Source of the DNA: Candidatus Cloacimonadales bacterium
Lineage (GTDB): Bacteria; Cloacimonadota; Cloacimonadia; Cloacimonadales; JAFGVF01
Length of the DNA stretch: 64,000 nucleotides
Direction of reading: 5' to 3'
Assembly (NCBI GenBank): GCA_963667035.1
Contig: OY762964.1
Coordinates: 1,280,001 to 1,344,000, forward strand
The translations under genes and the position numbers were made by a program. Positions 58,057 through 64,000 of the stretch are shown in pieces; the stretch's first letter is position 1, and each line of letters begins with the position of its first letter. The notes below the pieces were generated by a model. The model was not told the DNA's origin and searched no databases. It saw only the letters and a list, made by a program, of their open reading frames with translations.

Positions 58057-61000
58057 ATGTCTATTGCAAAATTCTCAGTACGTAATTCAGTACTGATAAA
58101 CATGATTATGATTATGGTATTCATTGCAGGTATTTATGCAATGACCCAAATTCCTAAGGAAGAGATGCCTCAAGTTGAATTTGGAATGGTCATAATCACT
58201 GTTGCTTACCCGGGAGTTTCTCCTGCTGAGATAGAGCAGATGATTGTTACTAAAATTGAAGATGAAATAGCTGATATTGATGATATAGATTTCATAGAAT
58301 CAACCGCCACTGAAGGGTCAGCTATGATTCGAATTCGTTTCGAAACAGATGCAGACATGGATGAAGCTTGGGATGAAGTAAATACAGAGATGGATAAAGT
58401 AAATGATTTACCTGAAGACGCAATGGATCCGATATTAATAAGACTCAATATGAAAGAGGTTAATGAAATATGCTCTATTGTCGTTAGTGGTGACTTCCAT
58501 CCAAACACAATGAGAGATATTTCCGATACTATGAAACAAGGGTTAACCAATGTTAAGAATGTTTCAAAAGTTGAAGTAGGCGGAACAAGAGAAAGAGAAA
58601 TATGGATTGAAGGAGACCTTGAGAAGTTAAACGCTTATGGTCTGTCGTTAAACAATATCAGTAATTCAGTTGCTAATAGAAATCTTAATGTTCCCGGTGG
58701 TTCCGTTCAGTTCGGATCTGCTGAGTTTATAATTAGATCAATGGGAGAGTTCAACAGTTTATCTGAAATAAGAAACCTTCCGATTATGATGGATAGAAAT
58801 GGAAGAGCAGTTAGAATTAAAGACGTTGCAACCGTTATTGATACTCTTGAAGATTCCAGTGTTATCTCTAAGCAAGACGGTGAAAACAGTATCACTTTGG
58901 AAGTATATAAAAAAGCCCAAGGTAATATTGTAACAGTAATGCAAGATGTTAAAGCCTATTGCTCTGAATTTGAGAAGACTATACCTGATATAAATGTTAC
59001 GATTAGAGATGACGGTTCCATTGCTGTTAAAAGTGCTTTAACATCACTTGGTGCTAATGCTATTGTTGGTATTATACTTGTATTTATAATACTAACATTA
59101 TTCCTTGGGTGGAGAAATGCTCTTTTTGCTGCTTGGGGAATACCATTCAGTTTCTTCTTAACCTTTGTTGCCATGTTCTACTTTGGTGTTACAATGAACA
59201 ATCTTTCACTATTTGCCCTTGTTTTAGTGCTTGGTATGATTGTGGATGATGCGATTGTGGTTATTGAAAACTACCATAGATACATGGAGATGGGATACTC
59301 AAGATATGAAGCAGCCATACAGGGTACAGAAGAGATTATGTGGCCAGTGATTGCAGCGATATTAACCACTATTGCATCATTTTCTCCCATTATGTTTATG
59401 AAAGGTGTTATGGGACAGTTTATGAGGGTGTTCCCATTAGTAGTCATGTTTGCTCTCCTAGCTTCCCTGTTTGAATCCCTAATTATTCTACCTTCTCATT
59501 TGGCTGAACTAGGTCCAAAAAAGTTAAAAGAAAAGAAAAAGAATACTTTCTACGATAAACTGGTTAAGAGATATAGATGTGCTGTTACAAATGTCTTAAA
59601 ACATAGATTTATCACAATATTTATTGTAGTTGTCCTACTAATTCTATCCGGTATGGCATTAATGTTTAGAATGGTCAGATTTGAATTCTTCCCGAGAAGA
59701 AACACTGACACACTGGTTCTCCAACTTGAAACACCTGTCGGGACAAGCTTAGAACAGACCAATGAAGTGGTCTCTAAAGTAGAGCAATTTGTTGCAAATA
59801 TGGTAGAGCACTCCGATATCGAGGCTGTCATCACTCAGATAGGTCTTATCAGAGGTAGAGGAACAAGATCAACATCTTCCAATAATGCTGAAGTTAAGCT
59901 TGATATGGTAGATATTGAACAACGTAATTACGATGATTTCGTAATCAAGAATAAGCTTAGAGAGTTTATGAAGAACCTACCCGGTCTTTACTCCTTTAAG
60001 TTTGACCAAGAAGGACATGGACCTCCAACAGGTAATGATGTAGAAATCAGAATTACCGGTGATAGTCTTGAAAAACTTGAATATATCGGAGAATACATTA
60101 AAGCTCAACTTGCTCAAATCCCGGGAATCAGTGATATAGACGATAGTTTTGATGCTGGTAAACAGGAAATACAGATAATTCCTTATCAAGATAGATTGTC
60201 TTATTACGGATTAACCGCATCTTCAATCTCATCAGCAGTTAGGTTATCTTCAAATGGTTCAAATATTTCTATATATAGAGGTGATGGCATTGAAGAATAT
60301 GATATTGTTCTTAAAGCTAAAGAAACCCAAGTAGATGATTTAAGCGAGTTAAAGAATATGAAGATACGTTCTACTTCCGGTGCTCTAATACCTTTGAAGG
60401 ATATTGCAGAATTTAAAGTAGAGAACGGATTGTCACAGATACAACACAGAGATTCCGATAGATATATTACAATCACAGCTGCGGTTGGTAAGTATACTGA
60501 CAGCAATGGTCATACATCTACTCGAACAACCGATGAAGTACAGAAGATTTTAGACGGAGATAAGATTAGAAATACTAAAGGACTTCTCACTGATTTCAAC
60601 CAGAAGTTCCCGGGTTACTATTTGAGCTATGGTGGTGTTCATGAAATGATGAAAGAGTCATACAGTTCACTGTATCTGGCTTTCCTTATAGCTATCCTTG
60701 GCGTTTACACTATCTTAGCGACTCAGTTTAAATCCTATATACAACCGTTGATTGTAATGGCAACAATCCCATTTGCTTTCATTGGAGTAGTATTGGGACT
60801 TATTTTAACAGGTCTCCCCTTCTCCCTTAATACTCTAATAGCAGTTGTTGCTCTGATTGGTGTGGTTGTAAATGACTCACTTGTGCTAGTAGACTTTGTA
60901 AACAGAGAGCGGGAGCAAGGTGTCGATAGATGGAACTCACTTATCAATGCGGGAGCTTTGAGACTAAGACCTATAATTCTTACAACTGTTACTACTGTTG

Positions 61001-61251
61001 GCGGAATGCTTCCAATGATATTCTCTTCAGCAGAATCTTCTGCTGATTATAAATCAATGGCTGTAAGTATAGTCTTTGGATTAAGCTTTGCAACATTACT
61101 GACTCTGTTTGTGATTCCAACTATCTACTCATTAGTTGACTCAATTGCAGGAAGACTTCATGCAAGTCGCTTCCATTCACATATTAGTTTCAAAGATGCA
61201 ACCATCAATACCAATAAAGATATTGACAACAAAGATAACTGTAAGATATAG
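58057..61251 (+). CDS. RND efflux permease (AcrB/AcrD/AcrF family)
   Basis: YPGVSP, GMIVDDAIVVIEN and RLRPIILT motifs. Confidence 0.95.
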   Translation: MSIAKFSVRNSVLINMIMIMVFIAGIYAMTQIPKEEMPQVEFGMVIITVAYPGVSPAEIEQMIVTKIEDEIADIDDIDFIESTATEGSAMIRIRFETDADMDEAWDEVNTEMDKVNDLPEDAMDPILIRLNMKEVNEICSIVVSGDFHPNTMRDISDTMKQGLTNVKNVSKVEVGGTREREIWIEGDLEKLNAYGLSLNNISNSVANRNLNVPGGSVQFGSAEFIIRSMGEFNSLSEIRNLPIMMDRNGRAVRIKDVATVIDTLEDSSVISKQDGENSITLEVYKKAQGNIVTVMQDVKAYCSEFEKTIPDINVTIRDDGSIAVKSALTSLGANAIVGIILVFIILTLFLGWRNALFAAWGIPFSFFLTFVAMFYFGVTMNNLSLFALVLVLGMIVDDAIVVIENYHRYMEMGYSRYEAAIQGTEEIMWPVIAAILTTIASFSPIMFMKGVMGQFMRVFPLVVMFALLASLFESLIILPSHLAELGPKKLKEKKKNTFYDKLVKRYRCAVTNVLKHRFITIFIVVVLLILSGMALMFRMVRFEFFPRRNTDTLVLQLETPVGTSLEQTNEVVSKVEQFVANMVEHSDIEAVITQIGLIRGRGTRSTSSNNAEVKLDMVDIEQRNYDDFVIKNKLREFMKNLPGLYSFKFDQEGHGPPTGNDVEIRITGDSLEKLEYIGEYIKAQLAQIPGISDIDDSFDAGKQEIQIIPYQDRLSYYGLTASSISSAVRLSSNGSNISIYRGDGIEEYDIVLKAKETQVDDLSELKNMKIRSTSGALIPLKDIAEFKVENGLSQIQHRDSDRYITITAAVGKYTDSNGHTSTRTTDEVQKILDGDKIRNTKGLLTDFNQKFPGYYLSYGGVHEMMKESYSSLYLAFLIAILGVYTILATQFKSYIQPLIVMATIPFAFIGVVLGLILTGLPFSLNTLIAVVALIGVVVNDSLVLVDFVNREREQGVDRWNSLINAGALRLRPIILTTVTTVGGMLPMIFSSAESSADYKSMAVSIVFGLSFATLLTLFVIPTIYSLVDSIAGRLHASRFHSHISFKDATINTNKDIDNKDNCKI

Positions 61252-61294
61252 ATTTAACTAGAAAAGCCTAAAGATGTTAGAACAGCCCGACAGA

Positions 61295-61319
61295 AATGTC
61301 GGGTTTTTTGTAACCGCTA
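61295..61319 (+). terminator. Intrinsic terminator
   Basis: CCCGACA-GAAA-TGTCGGG followed by T6. Confidence 0.85.
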
Positions 61320-61526
61320 GAATTGATAAGAAACAGAGATGAAATAGGTATGATATGTAAAACAGATATATCTACCGTAAGCTTCTGGAATTATTATAAC
61401 ATATACAACATACTCGACAATCTCCCGAGGAGGTAGAGCCTTTTCAATATTTTTTGACAGTGTAAATTGATAGTTTAATATTGACATATTACCTACAACT
61501 TCCTTGTTTTAGTAATATAGGAGGAT

Positions 61527-63449
61527 ATGATGCCTTTTGAGAATGACCTAGAAATGTTGGACGAGTATACTAATTCAAAGAACAAGAAAGATTTTGACAA
61601 GTTAATGACTAGCTTGCAGGAAGTTCATTCAGGTGATAGTATAGAAAAAGTTGAACTTATACTTAAGCAATTTGCTTTTGATTTTACTTATGAGTACAAT
61701 TTCATGAAGCTTGAACCTCAATTTAAGAAAGCTGAGAATATTGTTTTTACAAATGGGACTCAGGTACAGAAAATTAGATTTTTAACTAATTTAGGGATTA
61801 TCAAAACTCAGCTTAGCAAACATGATGAAGCACTAGAATGTAATACAAAAGCCCTTGAATTTTGTACAACATCTGATTCAAACAGAATGCTGATGGGAAT
61901 TCATGCAAACATTGGAACAATTTATAACTTTAAAAAGCTTTACAGGAATGGTTTAAAGCACTTCATACAAGCATATATCTATTCGAAGAAATACAACAAG
62001 AATGAAGCAAGATTTATCTATAGATTACTAACAAACATCGGTGTAACATTCATGACTCTTAACGATAACAATAATGCTATTTACTATTTCAACATAGCAT
62101 TGGATACGATACCTAACAATAATGTTTGTGTGCCTCTCCCAGTGATTTACAACAATCTGGCGTTAGCTTATATAAACAATTCTGATTTTGAAAATGCAAA
62201 AATCTGTTTAGATAAATATAATAGTCTTACTTTTGACAAACCAAGGCATTTTGATGTAACCAATAATAGGATTCTTGGATTATACTACTTTAAACAAAGA
62301 AAGTACAAGGAAGCTCTTGAGGTTTTCTTAAGCCAAATAGAGGAAGTAAAATCGAATAAGGATGGAAAGAATCAATTAGAATACTATTTAGATATAGCCA
62401 GATGTTATATAAAGCTAAATAAGCCACAAGAAGCAAAGTCATATATTGACTCTATAGCCAATATAAGAGGCATTGACACTAATTCAAAATTTATTGAGAT
62501 AAATATTGAATACTATCAGTCTATCCAAGATTATACAACAGCTTTTAACTACTCACAGAAATACAGTAAGATGCTTACTCAGAAAGTTAGTGAACTGGAA
62601 AACAGCTCTGTTGAAGATTTAACAGATATGCTCAAGGAAAGTCAAGACAATATTGCTGTCTCTGCATATCAGGAAAAACTAGAGGAGTTGAAATACCTTA
62701 ACTTTGAACTAAATGGACAAAAAGACCTTCTTCTGGAGAATCTCAATACTTTGAAAGAGGAAAAATCATTGAGAGATAAGATGATTTCAATAATTACACA
62801 TGATGTCAGAGGACCTATCGGGAATGCATCTCAATTGCTTAATCTATTCAGCACAATCGAAAGTCAAGAAGATAAAGATGAAATCATTCAAAGTATTACA
62901 GAATCGGTACAAAATACTTACAAACTAACTGAAGATCTAGTTCATTGGGCAAGAGATGTTGTTTCCGGTTTAGAGGAATCTCTCACAATTATTAATATAT
63001 CTGACTGCGTTGAGGAGATTAAAGAGCTATATAATACACAACTGAGCAATAAATCAATACTTCTAATAAATGAGTTAACCTCAGATTACTTCATAAAAGG
63101 TGAAGTAATGTCTATAAAAACGATATTTAGAAATGTAATCCAAAATGCTATAAAATACTCCCACAGCAACTCCACAATTGTTGTTTCCAATGAAATTGAT
63201 GGAGATAAAGTCACCTTCTTTATCAAAGACTCAGGTATTGGAATGTCTGCTGAAGAAGTAGCAACCCTTTTCAACTCAGCTAATTTCTCAACATTGGGAA
63301 CGGACTTGGAAAAAGGTACTGGTCTGGGTATGCTCTTAGTAAAAGAACTTGTAGATAAGAATTTTGGTTCCATATCATGTAAAAGTGTGTTAAACAAGGG
63401 TACTATCATTAAAATTACATTCCCCTTGGTTAATGTTAGTGATAGTTAA
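61527..63449 (+). CDS. TPR-repeat sensor histidine kinase (orphan, no TM)
   Basis: TPR motifs; H-box ITHDVRGP; NVIQNAIKYS; DSGIG; GTGLG. Confidence 0.88.
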   Translation: MMPFENDLEMLDEYTNSKNKKDFDKLMTSLQEVHSGDSIEKVELILKQFAFDFTYEYNFMKLEPQFKKAENIVFTNGTQVQKIRFLTNLGIIKTQLSKHDEALECNTKALEFCTTSDSNRMLMGIHANIGTIYNFKKLYRNGLKHFIQAYIYSKKYNKNEARFIYRLLTNIGVTFMTLNDNNNAIYYFNIALDTIPNNNVCVPLPVIYNNLALAYINNSDFENAKICLDKYNSLTFDKPRHFDVTNNRILGLYYFKQRKYKEALEVFLSQIEEVKSNKDGKNQLEYYLDIARCYIKLNKPQEAKSYIDSIANIRGIDTNSKFIEINIEYYQSIQDYTTAFNYSQKYSKMLTQKVSELENSSVEDLTDMLKESQDNIAVSAYQEKLEELKYLNFELNGQKDLLLENLNTLKEEKSLRDKMISIITHDVRGPIGNASQLLNLFSTIESQEDKDEIIQSITESVQNTYKLTEDLVHWARDVVSGLEESLTIINISDCVEEIKELYNTQLSNKSILLINELTSDYFIKGEVMSIKTIFRNVIQNAIKYSHSNSTIVVSNEIDGDKVTFFIKDSGIGMSAEEVATLFNSANFSTLGTDLEKGTGLGMLLVKELVDKNFGSISCKSVLNKGTIIKITFPLVNVSDS

Positions 63450-63473
63450 TTAGAGCTATCTATTGTATATTGA

Positions 63474-63497
63474 AAAGGGCACCAAACGGTGCCCTTT
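63474..63497. terminator. Bidirectional terminator
   Basis: AAAGGGCACC-AAAC-GGTGCCCTTT. Confidence 0.8.
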
Positions 63498-63508
63498 ACT
63501 AGTATGTT

Positions 63509-64000
63509 TTATTGATTTATCAAATGCAGCCAATCACCAAGTAGGAATTGGATTCTCCCAATCAGAAGTGATATTCTGGCCATAACGGTGTAACCAAAGG
63601 CTGCACCGAAACTAACCATAAGGAAGTAAATACCTATCTTAGCAACAACACCAAAGGCTCCTTCATGTTTCTTGCTAAAGAAAAAATAGGCAAGTCCTGA
63701 GATTGTTCCAACAATCATTAAAATCTCCCCTATTGTCTGACCTGAATTACCGGCAGCAAAAGGATTAATCATGGTTGCAATAAGTTGTTGTATTAAGTCT
63801 GATTTAATGTATAATAGAAAACTTAATCCTGCAGTGGTTCCCATTAACAGTGATATAGGATAACGACTAAGCCATTCGAGTTTAGGTATAATCCGAATGA
63901 GCATCATCACACCTAATAAAGCAGGTATTATCAATATAGCATTTCCACTGAAATCGGTTGTAAGTTTACTATACAGATTTGGAATCAAAATGAAGTAGAT
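63509..64000 (-). CDS. Hypothetical membrane protein (5' end outside the window)
   Basis: Frame stays open to the window edge; multi-TM; FLMVSFGAAFGYTVMARISLLIGR. Confidence 0.75.
   Translation of the reverse strand: MYFILIPNLYSKLTTDFSGNAILIIPALLGVMMLIRIIPKLEWLSRYPISLLMGTTAGLSFLLYIKSDLIQQLIATMINPFAAGNSGQTIGEILMIVGTISGLAYFFFSKKHEGAFGVVAKIGIYFLMVSFGAAFGYTVMARISLLIGRIQFLLGDWLHLINQ

Noticed and set aside
1853..63409. Many 60-133 aa antisense or overlapping ORFs in the track
   Set aside because: They lie opposite or inside well-supported genes and have no recognisable motifs.

Overview
AT-rich bacterial chromosomal window. The C25 (gingipain-like) protein with a FlgD-Ig/T9SS-type C-terminal domain and the overall gene set suggest an anaerobic diderm such as Candidatus Cloacimonadota; this is inference only. 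Core content: a MATE transporter, a five-subunit Rnf/Nqr hybrid operon with no RnfC/NqrA, asparaginase, kbl, pdxJ, alaS with envelope genes, lon-era, a C25 protein, hutI, an ABC-F ATPase, a partial anaerobic purine-catabolism cluster (xdh subunits, ygeW, PLP enzyme, MocA-like, XdhC), ndk, an M16 peptidase, mreB-mreC-(CofE-like)-mreD-mrdA-rodA, a tripartite RND pump and an orphan TPR histidine kinase. Accessory content: an intact IS1182 inserted in a terminator, and a ~3 kb scar island (37.4-40.6 kb) holding REP-like hairpins, a MITE-like element, gene remnants and an orphan class III cyclase-like gene. Main leads: an in-frame amber junction or ATT start between the PLP enzyme and the MocA-like gene; a CofE-like ligase embedded in the elongasome operon; a candidate sigma-54 sRNA; three intergenic fold-back elements with exact 11-bp phasing; the Nqr/Rnf hybrid; and the cyclase-like orphan. 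No rRNA, tRNA or CRISPR array was seen. All family calls come from motif recognition by eye; no searches were run.
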